Below, in pieces: positions 50,530 through 61,090 of a stretch of DNA of 64,000 nucleotides. Under the pieces are notes generated by a model that ran no database searches, was not told the DNA's origin, and was given only the letters and a program-made list of their open reading frames with translations. The stretch is from contig CAWAJM010000001.1 in the NCBI GenBank assembly GCA_963782445.1, forward strand, positions 1,822,224-1,886,223, written 5' to 3'. This DNA is from an uncultured Gammaproteobacteria bacterium (GTDB lineage Bacteria; Pseudomonadota; Gammaproteobacteria; Steroidobacterales; Rariloculaceae). Positions within the stretch are counted from its first letter, which is position 1, and each line of letters begins with the position of its first letter. The position numbers and the translations under genes are program-made.

Positions 50530-50919
50530 GCGGCGGCTCGGTGCGCCGCCGGTGACATCGCCGTCGCGGTGCGTCTGCAGTAACTGGGCGGCGGGACGCG
50601 TTGGCGCCCGTTGCAGCCGTTCGGACGCAGAAGGGCGCACCGACTCGCGTTTGCGGGGCCGTCGAGCATTGCGAAGACTGCACGGACCGCCGCCTTCGCA
50701 CCAGCAGGTTCCTCGCGCGGTTGCAGCATGACGCATGAACGGCCGTCCGTCTGCGCGCGGCTCCGCTCACCACCGGCGCCCGAACTCGTTCACGAATCAT
50801 GCGGCCGAGACCCGGGCCGACTGATGGCGATTCTCGGCAATCGCGCTCGATTCAGCGGCTGCGCAACGGTGCCCGTGCCGATACAGTCTTCGACTCCTGA
50901 CAGCAACGAGGAAGGCTCA

Positions 50920-51204
50920 ATGAAAGGGATGATTGCGCCGCTACTGCTCGGCGGGTTGTTACTCGGTTCGGGGGCCGCCTGGGCCGGTCCCGTGAACGTC
51001 AATACGGCGAATGCGGATACGATCTCGGCGGAGCTGACGGGCGTCGGACCCGCGCTCGCGCGGGCCATCGTCAAAGACCGGGAGGCGAACGGCAAGTTCG
51101 CTTCGCCCGAGGCGCTAATGCGTGTCAAGGGCATCGGACAGCACGTGCTCGATATGAATAAGGGAAACATCCTCACGAGCGATCCGGCGCCCGCCAAGCG
51201 GTGA
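50920..51204 (+). CDS. ComEA-like periplasmic helix-hairpin-helix DNA-binding protein
   Basis: It has a signal peptide (MKGMIAPLLLGGLLLGSGAAWA), then VNVNTANADTISAELTGVGPALARAIVKDREANGKF.S.E.L..VKGIG. GAGGAAGG lies upstream of the ATG at 50920. Confidence 0.8.
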   Translation: MKGMIAPLLLGGLLLGSGAAWAGPVNVNTANADTISAELTGVGPALARAIVKDREANGKFASPEALMRVKGIGQHVLDMNKGNILTSDPAPAKR

Positions 51205-51381
51205 CGGCCTTGGGCCCGCGGGCGGGGAGGGAAGCCTTCCCGCGCCGCGGGCCCGGGGCCGAACGGGGGGCGCGCCATCGTGCCGGTGGCCGCATGGGTG
51301 GCCGACCGGGGGGCGCCTTGCGCCCAGCACGCCGGGCAGTCCGGTATCATGCGTCGAGTCAGTTGGTTGGAGAACGGACGC

Positions 51382-52272
51382 ATGGCACCGATACGCACGG
51401 CGGTTTTTCCGGTCGCAGGACGCGGCACTCGATTCTTGCCTGCGACGAAGGCCTCTCCGAAAGAGATGCTGCCCATCGTCGACAAGCCCCTGATTCAATA
51501 TGCCGTCGAGGAAGCGTTGGCTGCCGGCGCCGAGAAGCTCGTTTTCATTACGGGCTCTTCCAAGCGCTCCATCGAGGACCACTTCGACATCGATTCGGAG
51601 CTCGAGCGCACGCTCGCGGAGTCCGGCAAGACGGAGTGGCTCGATCTCGTGCGCGACATCGTTCCGCCCGGTGTCAGCTGCATCTACGTGCGTCAGGGGG
51701 TGCCGCTCGGGCTCGGCCATGCGGTGCTCTGTGCCCGTCCGGCCGTCGGCGCCGAGCCCTTTTTCGTACATCTCGCCGACGACCTGATCTACAGCGACGT
51801 GCCCGTGCTCAAGCAGATGAGCCTTCACTACGAGAAGCACGGCTCGAGCGTGCTGGGGGTCGAGACCGTGCCGCGGGACCAGACGGGCAGTTACGGTATC
51901 GTCGAGGTCGCGCACGAGGCTTCGGGGGCGCAGGAGGCTTCGGGCGTGCAGCGCATCAATCGCATCGTCGAGAAGCCCGCTCCCGAGGACGCGCCCTCGA
52001 ATCTGGCCGTCGTGGGACGCTATGTGCTGACGCCGGCCATTTTCGACAAGCTCGAGGCCACGGGCACCGGGGCCGGCGGAGAGATTCAATTGACGGACGG
52101 GATCGCGGCGCTCTTGCGCAGCGAGCCCGTCTACGTGCTGCCGTTCTCCGGCACGCGCTACGACTGCGGGAGCAAGATCGGCTATCTGCGCGCGACGGTC
52201 GAATATGCGCTTCGCCATCCCGAGCTCGGGGACAACTTCAGGGCCTATCTCGAAGGCGTCTGGGAGCGCTGA
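51382..52272 (+). CDS. galU: UTP-glucose-1-phosphate uridylyltransferase
   Basis: The sequence reads [39 protein letters not shown], followed by [10 protein letters not shown]. Confidence 0.93.
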   Translation: MAPIRTAVFPVAGRGTRFLPATKASPKEMLPIVDKPLIQYAVEEALAAGAEKLVFITGSSKRSIEDHFDIDSELERTLAESGKTEWLDLVRDIVPPGVSCIYVRQGVPLGLGHAVLCARPAVGAEPFFVHLADDLIYSDVPVLKQMSLHYEKHGSSVLGVETVPRDQTGSYGIVEVAHEASGAQEASGVQRINRIVEKPAPEDAPSNLAVVGRYVLTPAIFDKLEATGTGAGGEIQLTDGIAALLRSEPVYVLPFSGTRYDCGSKIGYLRATVEYALRHPELGDNFRAYLEGVWER

Positions 52273-53489
52273 GCACTCGGCGCGCCGTCGCTGTGGGCGG
52301 CGGCCGAGGCGTCGGCCTCGAGCTGTTCGAGCTCCGCGCGGATCTCGGCGTTGTGCTCGCCGAGCAGCGGCGGGTGCCGGCGGTAGATCACGCCGCCGCC
52401 GGCGAAGTTCACGGGCAGCCCCAGCGAGCGCACGACCCCGATCAAGGGGTGCTCGAGCTCGACGATGAGTTTGCGGGCCTCGATCTGGGGGTCGTTCAGG
52501 GCGTCGTCCGGAAAGTGTATCGGGCCGGCCGGCACGCCGGCTGCGACGAGCCTCTCCGTCCATTCCGCCGCATCGCGTTCGACGAGCACTTCCTCGATGC
52601 GCTGGATCAGCGCCGGTCGATTCGCGTTGCGGCCGGCATTGGTTGCGAAGCGGGGGTCGCGCTGCAGGGTGTCTCCGAGGCCGAGCACCTCACAGAAGCG
52701 TTCCCAGATTCGCTCGCTGCCGACGGCGACGATCATGAGCTTGTCGCGCGCCCGGACCGGCTGGTAGGGCGTCACGGTCGGGTGGGCGTTGCCGAGCCGA
52801 AGCGGGCGCTCCCCCGTCGCGAAGTAGCTGCCGGCGAGGTTCGCGAGCCAAGTCACCTGAGCGTCGACGAGGGCCACGTCGAGAAACTCGCCGCGGCCCG
52901 TGCCGCCGGCAGTCCGGTCCCGCCGGTACAGCGACGCCAGGGTACCGAGCGTCGCGTAGAGCCCCGCAGAGATGTCGGCCATGGCGGTCGGGAAGCGGCT
53001 TGGTCCGTCGTTCGGCGGTCCGGTCAGGGCCATGAGACCCGCTTCTCCCTGCGCAATGATGTCGTAGCCGGTGCGGCCTGCCTTGGGCCCGGTATGGCCG
53101 TAGCCGCTGACTGCAACGAAGACGAGGCGCGGGTTGCGTCCCATGAGACTGTCCGGGTCGAGTCCGATCGCCGCGAGCGAGTGTAGGCGCGGGTTATTCG
53201 TCACGAACACGTCTGCGCGGTCGACGAGCGCGTGCAGCAGCGCGAGATCTTCCGGATTCTTCAGGTCGAGCTCGATGCTGCGCTTGTTGCGGTTGACGCA
53301 GAGGTAGTAGGCGCTTTCGCCCTCCAAAAACGGCGGGCCCCAGCCGCGCGACTGATCCCCGATGCCGGGGCGCTCGATCTTGACGACATCGGCGCCGAGG
53401 TCGCCGAGCAGCATGCTGCAGTAGGGCCCAGCCATGGCTTCTGTGATGTCGACGACTTTGAGGCCGCTCAGCGGCGGCGGATTCGTCAC
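52245..53489 (-). CDS. Family III CoA-transferase (CaiB/BaiF)
   Basis: The sequence reads [39 protein letters not shown], followed by NRNKRSI.LDLK. The 3' end overlaps galU by 28 nt (convergent). Confidence 0.85.
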   Translation of the reverse strand: MTNPPPLSGLKVVDITEAMAGPYCSMLLGDLGADVVKIERPGIGDQSRGWGPPFLEGESAYYLCVNRNKRSIELDLKNPEDLALLHALVDRADVFVTNNPRLHSLAAIGLDPDSLMGRNPRLVFVAVSGYGHTGPKAGRTGYDIIAQGEAGLMALTGPPNDGPSRFPTAMADISAGLYATLGTLASLYRRDRTAGGTGRGEFLDVALVDAQVTWLANLAGSYFATGERPLRLGNAHPTVTPYQPVRARDKLMIVAVGSERIWERFCEVLGLGDTLQRDPRFATNAGRNANRPALIQRIEEVLVERDAAEWTERLVAAGVPAGPIHFPDDALNDPQIEARKLIVELEHPLIGVVRSLGLPVNFAGGGVIYRRHPPLLGEHNAEIRAELEQLEADASAAAHSDGAPSAQRSQTPSR

Positions 53490-53574
53490 AGTCGAAGCTC
53501 CTCGCGCAGGCCGTCCTCTATAATGGCCGCCAGTATAAGCCTTCGATCCGTCTTTTCATCCGCAGGAGACCAGC

Positions 53575-54273
53575 GTGAGAAACGTAGCCGTCCGCAACAT
53601 CGATCGTGCCCCGCGTGAAGTCGTCGACGCTCTCGGCGAGCTCGGCGTCGCAACCGTCCATGAGGCCCAGGGGCGGACCGGGTTGCTGCATACGTACATG
53701 CGGCCGATTTACACGGGCGCAAGAGTCGGCGGCAGCGCCGTGACGGTGCTGGCCCATCCCGGCGACAATTGGATGCTGCACGTGGCGGCCGAGCTCGTTC
53801 AGGAAGGCGACATCGTCGTCGTCGCGTTGAGCGCCCCGAATACAGACGGCATGTTCGGGGAGCTGCTCGGCACCTCGTATAAGTCCCGCGGCGCCCGAGC
53901 GCTCGTCATCGATGCGGGCTGCCGCGACGTTCGCGAGCTGACCGAGCTCGGCTTCCCGGTCTGGAGCAAGGCCGTCTCGGCGAAGGGCACGGTCAAGGCC
54001 ACGGTCGGCTCGGCTAATGTCCCGGTCGTCTGTGCCGGTGCGCTCGTGAATCCCGGCGACATCATCGTTGCCGACGACGACGGCGTCGTGGTCGTGCCGC
54101 GCCTCGACGCCGAGAAGGTGCTCGAAGCCGCACGGCAGCGTGTCGCGAAAGAGGACGAGAAGCGTCAGCGCCTCGGTTCCGGTGTGCTCGGCCTCGACTT
54201 GTACGGTATGCGCGAGCCGCTCGCGAAGGCCGGGCTCGTTTACGTCGATCGGCCGGAGGACGTCGCGAAATAG
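53575..54273 (+). CDS. RraA-family protein, likely 4-carboxy-4-hydroxy-2-oxoadipate aldolase / oxaloacetate decarboxylase
   Basis: The sequence reads [14 protein letters not shown]......PIY.GARV.GSAVTV...PGDNWM.H.A.....GD..VVA......GMFGELL, followed by IDAG.RDV. Confidence 0.78.
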   Translation: MRNVAVRNIDRAPREVVDALGELGVATVHEAQGRTGLLHTYMRPIYTGARVGGSAVTVLAHPGDNWMLHVAAELVQEGDIVVVALSAPNTDGMFGELLGTSYKSRGARALVIDAGCRDVRELTELGFPVWSKAVSAKGTVKATVGSANVPVVCAGALVNPGDIIVADDDGVVVVPRLDAEKVLEAARQRVAKEDEKRQRLGSGVLGLDLYGMREPLAKAGLVYVDRPEDVAK

Positions 54274-54417
54274 CCGGCCGGCGCCGCCCGCGGCGCGTCC
54301 TGTCCTTTGGCCGGGGGGCGCGACGGGGCCGCGTGCGGCGCCGACCGCCGGCAGGTGCGGCCTTTCCGCGCAATTGATCACATCTCGCTGCGCCCGCGCA
54401 CGCTATCTTTGCGGCCC

Positions 54418-55629
54418 ATGGCGCTGCCCGAACCGACCTGCCACGAATCCGTCTCGGACTCCCCGTACGCGGCCGAGCTGCGTCACCGTCCGCTCAGAAG
54501 GCGCTTCGCGCCGGCGCTCGAGCGGTTGTACGTTCGCCGCAGGCTTTCGGAGAGCCGCGCCCTGATCCGGGCGATCTGCCTGCTGGCGGCCGTCATCGGG
54601 CTGTATCGGTGGTTCCCGGGCTTGGGGCGGAATACGGGCATGATCCACGATTCCATCTCCTGGGTCGTGGTTCTTTCGTCGGTCTTTCTGGCTGCGATTG
54701 CTTTCAGCCCGCTGTTCGAGACCACGTATTCGCCCGTTGCGCGCGTGGTCATCCCCCTGCGCAATGCGCTTGCCGCCATTTCGATCGCGCAGCTCGCCGC
54801 ACACGGCGAAACCGAGACGCTCATGGTGCTGCCGTTGATGGTGTTCGGCCCGTTGTTCTTTCTCGGACTCTCCTTCCCCGCAGGGCTAGTGGCCGTGGCA
54901 GCCGGCGTCGTATCGTTTGCGGTTGCCGGCGCCGTCGCTCAGCTGCCCTCGCCGATCGCCGTTCATGCGGGCCTCTTCCTGCTCGTCACCGTCTCGCTTG
55001 CCGCGATAGCTGCCTACGAAGGGGAAAAGCGGTCGCGAAGAGCCTTCCTCGAAAGCGGTCTCGTGGCCGAGCTTGCGCGTCACGACGCGCTGACCGGCGC
55101 GAACAACCGGCGCGTGTTCGACGAACGGCTCGTGAATCTGTGGCACCGGGCCATTGCAGAGCAGCGCCGCCTCGCGATCCTGTTGATCGATGTCGACCAC
55201 TTCAAGGCGTACAACGATCGCTACGGCCATCAGGCCGGCGATCGGGCGCTGCGCGCCATTTCCGATTCGCTGCAGGCCTTCGTACGCCGCACAACGGACC
55301 TTTTGGCTCGCTACGGCGGCGAGGAGTTCGCGATCATCCTGTACGACGTGGAAACGCCCGAAGTCGAGGACATCGCGCGGCGAATGTGTCGCGGTGTCGC
55401 CATGCTCGCCCTCGACGATGCCACCGGCGTCGAAGCCCGTGTCACGATCAGTGTCGGCGCGGCCGTTATAGAGCCCGCGGCCAATCGCGCGCCGCGCGGC
55501 GGTCTCCAGCTCGCCGATCAGGCGCTCTATGCCGCGAAGGTGAATGGGCGCAATCGCGTCGAGCTCATGGACGAGTGCGAGTACCGGCTGCTCGCTACCG
55601 GCGTTTTCGACCGGGTCGCCGGCGAATAA
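54418..55629 (+). CDS. Membrane-anchored diguanylate cyclase (GGDEF)
   Basis: There are about six predicted TM helices, then HDALTGANNRRVFDERL and the active-site motif RYGGEEFAII. An RxxD I-site-like motif is present. Confidence 0.85.
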   Translation: MALPEPTCHESVSDSPYAAELRHRPLRRRFAPALERLYVRRRLSESRALIRAICLLAAVIGLYRWFPGLGRNTGMIHDSISWVVVLSSVFLAAIAFSPLFETTYSPVARVVIPLRNALAAISIAQLAAHGETETLMVLPLMVFGPLFFLGLSFPAGLVAVAAGVVSFAVAGAVAQLPSPIAVHAGLFLLVTVSLAAIAAYEGEKRSRRAFLESGLVAELARHDALTGANNRRVFDERLVNLWHRAIAEQRRLAILLIDVDHFKAYNDRYGHQAGDRALRAISDSLQAFVRRTTDLLARYGGEEFAIILYDVETPEVEDIARRMCRGVAMLALDDATGVEARVTISVGAAVIEPAANRAPRGGLQLADQALYAAKVNGRNRVELMDECEYRLLATGVFDRVAGE

Positions 55630-55699
55630 CGTCCGAAAAGAGTCCGGGGGACGGAGCCGGCCTCGGCCCGAGGCGAGCGGTCCAGCTGCCCGGGTCGCG

Positions 55700-56983
55700 T
55701 TACGAGCCCGATCGCGCGCCGTCGGGCACGCTCTCGCGCGCCAGCCCCGAGACGCGGCGCCGCTGGTTCTTGCGGAGCTCCGGAAGAAACGCGGCGAGCA
55801 GCCCGAGCGCCGGCAGGAACGAGCACAGGTGAAACACCGTCGCGATGCCGGCGGCGTCGGCGATCTGCCCCGCAATGGCGGCGCCCGTGCCCGCGAGTCC
55901 GAAGGCGAGGCCGAAAAACAGGCCCGCGACCGTGCCGACGCGGGCGGGGATCAGCTCCTGGCCGTAGACGACAATGGCGGGAAAGGCCGATGCCAGGATC
56001 ATGCCGATGGGCACGCTCAAGACGCCGGTCCAGAACAGATTCGCGTAGGGGAGGGCCAGCGTGAAAGGCAGCACGCCTAGGATCGAAGCCCAGATGACGG
56101 TCTTGCGGCCGAAGCGATCGCCGAGGGAGCCCCCGAGCAGCGTACCGAGCGCGACCGAGGCGAGGAACAAAAACAGGTGAACCTGTGCGTTGCGGACCGA
56201 GACGCCGAACGTTTGGATCAGATAGAAGGTGTAGTAGCTCGTCATGCTCGCCATGTAGAAGAACTTCGAGAAGACGAGGACTACGAGCAGGGCGAGGGTC
56301 CATGCAACACGGCGGCGCGGCAGCGCCCCTTCTCTTGCCGCGGAGGCGGCGGGCCGCTCGAGCCGGGCAAGGCCGTGTGTCTTGTACCAGCGGCCGACGT
56401 GAAACAGCAGCAGCATGCCGGTCAGTGCGGCGGTTGCGAACCAGGCGATGCTGCCCTGGCCGAAGCGCAGCACGACGAAGGCCGCGAGCAGCGGGCCGAT
56501 CGAGGAGCCCAGGTTGCCGCCGACCTGGAACAGCGATTGGGCGAGCCCATGGCGGCCGCCCGACGCCATGCGCGCGACGCGCGAGGACTCCGGGTGCAGG
56601 ATCGAGGAGCCGATGCCGATGCAGGCCGCACCGAGCAGCAGCGTCGGGTACGAGCCGGCGCGGGAAAGCAGCAACAGCGCCATGAGCGTGACGCCCATGC
56701 CGAGCGACAGCGAGTACGGCTTGGGACTGCGGTCCGTGAAGGCGCCGACGACGGGCTGGAGCAGCGAGGCCGTCGCTTGGAAAGTCAGCGTCAGGAAGCC
56801 GACTTGGGCGAAGTCGAGGCCGTAGTTCTGCTTGAGAATGGGATAAACCGCCGGCAGCAGCGACTGCATCATGTCGTTGAGCAGATGGCAGGCGCTGATC
56901 GCCGCGAGGATCGAAAAGGCGGTCTTGGCGGCGCTCGTGTCGGCGGCGTGCGCCGCGGCGGTGTTCAATGCCGTATCGTCCAT
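55700..56983 (-). CDS. fsr: MFS transporter, fosmidomycin-resistance (Fsr) family
   Basis: It aligns closely with E. coli Fsr (HLLNDM.QSL....YP.L......F.Q.G..TLTFQ...SLLQPVVG..TD, then HPESSRVARMASGGRHGLAQS.FQVGGN.GSS.GPLLAA). The start is ATG 56983 or TTG 57001. Confidence 0.85.
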   Translation of the reverse strand: MDDTALNTAAAHAADTSAAKTAFSILAAISACHLLNDMMQSLLPAVYPILKQNYGLDFAQVGFLTLTFQATASLLQPVVGAFTDRSPKPYSLSLGMGVTLMALLLLSRAGSYPTLLLGAACIGIGSSILHPESSRVARMASGGRHGLAQSLFQVGGNLGSSIGPLLAAFVVLRFGQGSIAWFATAALTGMLLLFHVGRWYKTHGLARLERPAASAAREGALPRRRVAWTLALLVVLVFSKFFYMASMTSYYTFYLIQTFGVSVRNAQVHLFLFLASVALGTLLGGSLGDRFGRKTVIWASILGVLPFTLALPYANLFWTGVLSVPIGMILASAFPAIVVYGQELIPARVGTVAGLFFGLAFGLAGTGAAIAGQIADAAGIATVFHLCSFLPALGLLAAFLPELRKNQRRRVSGLARESVPDGARSGS

Positions 56984-57007
56984 GAAGAAGAGAACGCGCA
57001 AGCGTAG

Positions 57008-57517
57008 CAGACGCTGCGCAGCCTATCCATCCGCGCGCGGCGCGCGCCGGCCGAACTGGCATGGCAGCTGCGCCAGCAGAACCAGAACGCCGCGCAGTCG
57101 CTCGATCAGGCCTACGGGATCGCAGTATTCGACACGACCAAGGGCGGCGCGATCGTGACGGGCACCGGCGGCACGGGTGTCGCGATGCCGACGACGGCGC
57201 TCAACAACCCGTCCCCGAGCAACGCGACGTACATGCACGTTGGCGGCGCCGGAATCGGCCTGACGGCCGGGGCCTCGAACTACAAGCTGATCATGCTGTT
57301 CAAGGACCAGAATACGTATCGGCAGTTCGTGAACGGCCAGTGGAGCGGTGCCTCGTCCGCGCAGGCGACGGCCGGCAAGAAGGGCGCGACGTCCGAAGCC
57401 GCTTGGCACGACGGCGTCAAGGTTTATCGCATGACGGACGGCGGGCTCATGGCGGGCGTCGACGTCAGCGGCATGAAATTCTGGCCCAGCAAGAAGCTCA
57501 ATAAGGGCAACGTTTGA
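57008..57517 (+). pseudogene. SYLF/DUF500-like lipid-binding domain protein with no canonical start or signal peptide (probably 5'-truncated)
   Basis: The frame is open from 57008 and reads ...AYGIAVFDTTKGGAIVTGTGGTGVAM...HVGGAGIGLTAGAS...GLMAGVDVSGMKF, which resembles Ysc84/SYLF domains. Homology starts upstream of the first ATG (57155). There is no ATG/GTG/TTG between 57008 and 57155. Confidence 0.45.
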
Positions 57518-57668
57518 CCGGTGCCGGAACAGCCGTCGGGCGGCGTCGACGCCGTGACGGCTGGAGGAGGGGGCCTTCGGGCTCCCTTGCTTTTCTGCGG
57601 CCCGCATCCCGGTCGGCGCAGCGGTGTACCATGGGCGTCGTCTTGACGAAGTCCGCCTGGAGAAGCCG

Positions 57669-58568
57669 ATGAGCGTCGCCGAGAACGATGTCGAGGCCAG
57701 CGCCCGAGGCATCGAGGCCGAGATCAATTATCTGCTGCCCGGGCCCGCCATTAATCGTCGCTTCGTATCCGCTGGCAGGGAAGTCAACACCGGCCGCTAC
57801 GGCCCGTTCAAGGTGCCGATCCGCGATGGGCGTTCGATCCAGCGGCATTTCACGCTGGACACGCACGGCTTCGTGCTCGCGCACCACGAAAGTGCGATCA
57901 CGGACTTCTACGCCAAGGAGCAGGTGGACCGGCTGTATCCGGGCGAAGTGGCAGAAGCCGTCAAGGCGCTGACCGGAGCGAGCTTCGTCGCGACCATGGG
58001 CTGGATGATCCGCAACTCCGGCGATCTCGCGAGATTCAAGCGCGTCGAGGGGCCGTACACGCACCAGGGCGGCGTGCAGCCGCCCGCGGGCGAGGCCCAC
58101 ATCGACACGGAGCCCTCGCGCGCCGACCGCCAGGCACGCGCGCTCTACGAGCAATGGCGGCCCGAAGGACCCGGCTACCGCCGGTTCATCTATTCGAGCT
58201 TCTGGCGCACGTTCTCCGAGCCGCCGCAGGACTGCCCTCTGGCGGTCTGCGACCACCGCAGCGTCGGCGACGAGGAGGGCGTCCCGAACGTGCTCTATAT
58301 CGTCGATGAAATTCCCGAAGGCGAGGCGATGTTCGCGCCGATGCCCGACGCCGAACGGCCGGCTGCCGCGGTGTTCCGGTACAACCCCGCGCATCGGTGG
58401 TGGTATTTTTCCTCGATGACGGCCGACGAGGCGCTGCTCGTGAAGTTTCACGACTCCGACCGCTCGGTCGCATGGCGCACGCCGCATACGGCCTTTTGGG
58501 ATACGACCTTCCCCGACCGCAAGGAGCGCGCCAGTATCGAATTCCGCAGCGTCGCCTTCTTCGAATAG
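57669..58568 (+). CDS. CmcJ/NvfI-family oxidoreductase-like protein
   Basis: The 299-aa protein from ATG 57669 (GGAGAAG SD upstream) contains the motifs HFTLDTHGF.L, AHIDT, PLAVCD and FHDSD, which I associate with the CmcJ-like family. Confidence 0.65.
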   Translation: MSVAENDVEASARGIEAEINYLLPGPAINRRFVSAGREVNTGRYGPFKVPIRDGRSIQRHFTLDTHGFVLAHHESAITDFYAKEQVDRLYPGEVAEAVKALTGASFVATMGWMIRNSGDLARFKRVEGPYTHQGGVQPPAGEAHIDTEPSRADRQARALYEQWRPEGPGYRRFIYSSFWRTFSEPPQDCPLAVCDHRSVGDEEGVPNVLYIVDEIPEGEAMFAPMPDAERPAAAVFRYNPAHRWWYFSSMTADEALLVKFHDSDRSVAWRTPHTAFWDTTFPDRKERASIEFRSVAFFE

Positions 58569-58748
58569 CCGGCGCGCGTCGCCTCCATGAGGAGGTGATA
58601 CGTCGAATCAGAATACTGCCGTAGGCAGGATCTGCCAGTACGTAGAATTGCGACTGCCCCGGGACGTTCCGACGCAATAGCTTCTTTTCGAGCGCCGGAT
58701 TCCCACGCGACCTACCGGCGCGCCAAGGGAAGCAGAGGAGAGTCGAAC

Positions 58749-59099
58749 ATGCGTGCAAATCAGCGGTGGCAGGACCGGGTGAATCTCGTGCTCGGCCTGT
58801 GGTTGTTTCTCTCGCCTTTCTTCGGGATCGGCGCAGGCAGCACACCTGCCGTCTGGCATTCGTACATTTTCGGTGCCACGGTCGCACTCGTCTCGCTCGG
58901 CGCATTGGCCAAGCCCCAGATGTGGGAGGAGTGGACGAACTTGTGCATCGGTCTGTGGCTCATCGCGGCTCCGTACGCGCTCGGCTTCTCGACTGTGCAG
59001 GTTGCGACTTGGAACCACTTGATCGTCGGTATCGTCGTCGCGGCCGGCGCGCTCTGGGCCGCGGTGCTGCCCGGCACGCCGCGCATGCGCCACGTTTGA
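58749..59099 (+). CDS. SPW-repeat membrane protein
   Basis: There are two repeats of the form W.N...GLWL..(S/A)P(F/Y) in a 4-TM, 116-aa protein. Confidence 0.7.
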   Translation: MRANQRWQDRVNLVLGLWLFLSPFFGIGAGSTPAVWHSYIFGATVALVSLGALAKPQMWEEWTNLCIGLWLIAAPYALGFSTVQVATWNHLIVGIVVAAGALWAAVLPGTPRMRHV

Positions 59100-59220
59100 C
59101 CGAGACCCGCCGCTCGAACCACGGTCCTCGAACCACGGTCCGAGCGCGCGCAGAGTCAGCACGCGCAACGCGCTGAGCAGACACATCCAGGCGAGACCAT
59201 AGCAGCCGGGACGCACGGGC

Positions 59221-60033
59221 TCAGGTGCGCTGTGCGAGGAGCTCGACGGGACCGAGCCGGCGCTGCAGCCTGGCCGTCAGCGCGGGCAGCGCGGCTGCGT
59301 CGAGTGCCCGCAGCGACCAATGCGACGCGGCATGCAGGCGCCAGCCGCGCTCGAGCAGCCATCGCGGGAGGGCGTCGGGGGCGTAGCCCGCCAGTGCCTG
59401 CAGGGCGGGGTGCCACTCGACGACGAGCACGAGCCGGCGCGTGCCGAGCAGTTGCGGCATGCCTTCGAGGACATCGAGCTCGGCGCCTTCGACGTTGATT
59501 TTCACGAGTGTCGGCGTGGCGTCGACGAGGTCGTCCAACCGTTCGACGGGCACCTGGAGCACGTCCGTGACCTGCGCATAGCAGCTGCGTGCAAATAGGC
59601 TGTTGACGGCGCTCGTCTCGCCGCGCACGTAGAGTTCGCGACGGCCCCGCTCGCGGCCCGCGGCGGCGCGCGCAACGGTGACGTTCGAGACCCCGGCCGA
59701 GCCCAAGTTGCGCGTGAGGACCGCGAGGTTGTCCGGCGTCGGTTCGATGGCGAAGACGCGGCCCGAACGGCCCACGCGCAGGGCTGCATAGACAGCGTTG
59801 TAGCCGATGTTGGCGCCGACGTTGATGACGGTGTCGCCGCGTTCCACGGCCGCGTCGATGAGCCGATGGATGCGCAGGTTGCCGCCGACGACGGACAGCC
59901 GGATTCGCCGCGAGCCCGGCACCTCGAGCCGCACGGCGCCGAGGCGTACGTTGGGGCCGCGCCAGGCGTCGGCGGCGGCGCGGGCATAGGGCAGGGCGCC
60001 GCGCAGGGCCGCCCATGGGCTTGTTGGCTGCAT
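59221..60033 (-). CDS. FkbM-family SAM-dependent methyltransferase
   Basis: It has VINVGANIGYNAVYAA (a glycine-rich SAM loop), AIEP.P.N...L..N, and LVKINVEGAELDVLEG. Confidence 0.8.
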   Translation of the reverse strand: MQPTSPWAALRGALPYARAAADAWRGPNVRLGAVRLEVPGSRRIRLSVVGGNLRIHRLIDAAVERGDTVINVGANIGYNAVYAALRVGRSGRVFAIEPTPDNLAVLTRNLGSAGVSNVTVARAAAGRERGRRELYVRGETSAVNSLFARSCYAQVTDVLQVPVERLDDLVDATPTLVKINVEGAELDVLEGMPQLLGTRRLVLVVEWHPALQALAGYAPDALPRWLLERGWRLHAASHWSLRALDAAALPALTARLQRRLGPVELLAQRT

Positions 60034-60345
60034 GCGCCCATCGTAGCGCGTGCGGACGCGAACGCGCCCGGTTCCCGAGCCGGAAGCCGGGCCCGCCGGG
60101 CGAAGGGGCGGAGGCCCCGGCCTCGCTATCGATTCAGCATGTCGTCTCGCGGAGGCGCCTCCGACAACGGCAGTTAGTCGTCGCGGCGCACCGTTCCGGC
60201 GGCTCCGATGCCTTGGCGATCCTTTCCATGAGTGTCCTCCATGACATCCGGTTTAGTATTCATACGCCGGCGTCTAGAGGGGACGCGCGGAGCGTTTGAT
60301 CTTCGCCCGGCGCGCGCGCACACTCTCGGGCGGGAGGAGCCAGCC

Positions 60346-61035
60346 ATGACAGACCATAACGAAGAATCGATCGGACGGCGCAAGCTCGTCGGTGCGCTCG
60401 GCGCGGGCGCAGTCGCGCTCGGCACCATCGCGGGGACGCGCGAGGCCGCGGCGGCGGAATCCCGCTGGCAGCCGGCGCTCGAGAAGCAGGACGACTGGAT
60501 GGAAATGCCGAGCCGGCATCGGTTCGTCTTCGACACGACGAGCACCGACGGCGTCGGGGAAGCTTTGTTTTTCACGCGCAATTATCTGGCCGTCAACGAA
60601 AGCGCCTACGGCGTGCCCGCCTCGGAGCTCGCGACGATCATCATCGTGCGCCACCGCTCGACTGTGTTCGGTTACGCCGATTCGATGTGGGAGAAGTACG
60701 GAGAGACCTTCTCGAAGATCACGACCTTCCTGGATCCGAAAACTCAGAAGCCGCCGACGAGCAATCTCTTCGATGCTAAGGGCTACGGGCCGGCGCTGCC
60801 GAATTTCGGCGCCCGGATCTCGGACCTCGCGGCCAAGGGTGTGCATTTTGCCGTGTGCGGCGCGGCCACGCGCAGGGTCGCCGGCGAGGTGGCGCACGCA
60901 ACGAAGCGCTCCGAAGACGAGATACACGCCGAGCTCGTCGCGCATCTCGTGCCGAATGGCCGTATCGTACCCGCGGGCATAGTCGCGTTGAATCGCGCCC
61001 AGGAGCGCGGCTACGCCGTATCCCAGCCGGGTTGA
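60346..61035 (+). CDS. Tat-exported protein, possibly DsrE/DsrF-like
   Basis: The ATG at 60346 follows GGGAGGAG. The twin-arginine signal is GRRKLVGALGAGAVALG. The core (HRFVFD..., IIIVRHRS, GVHFAVCGAATR) resembles DsrE-fold proteins, and this assignment is tentative. Confidence 0.5.
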   Translation: MTDHNEESIGRRKLVGALGAGAVALGTIAGTREAAAAESRWQPALEKQDDWMEMPSRHRFVFDTTSTDGVGEALFFTRNYLAVNESAYGVPASELATIIIVRHRSTVFGYADSMWEKYGETFSKITTFLDPKTQKPPTSNLFDAKGYGPALPNFGARISDLAAKGVHFAVCGAATRRVAGEVAHATKRSEDEIHAELVAHLVPNGRIVPAGIVALNRAQERGYAVSQPG

Positions 61036-61090
61036 GCCGTAGTAGACAGAGGGCACCAGCCGCCTGCAACCAGTAGCCCGTAAAGGCTGA

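Noticed and set aside
51212-51254. A GC-rich imperfect hairpin after comEA (GGGCCCGCGGGCG...CGCCGCGGGCCC) as a terminator.
   Set aside because: There is no T-tract and the stem has a bulge. It may still pause or terminate transcription, but I cannot support the call.
59113-59140. A 14-bp tandem duplication (CTCGAACCACGGTC x2) between the SPW-repeat and FkbM genes.
   Set aside because: It is a simple two-copy slippage duplication in an intergenic region, and nothing suggests a function.
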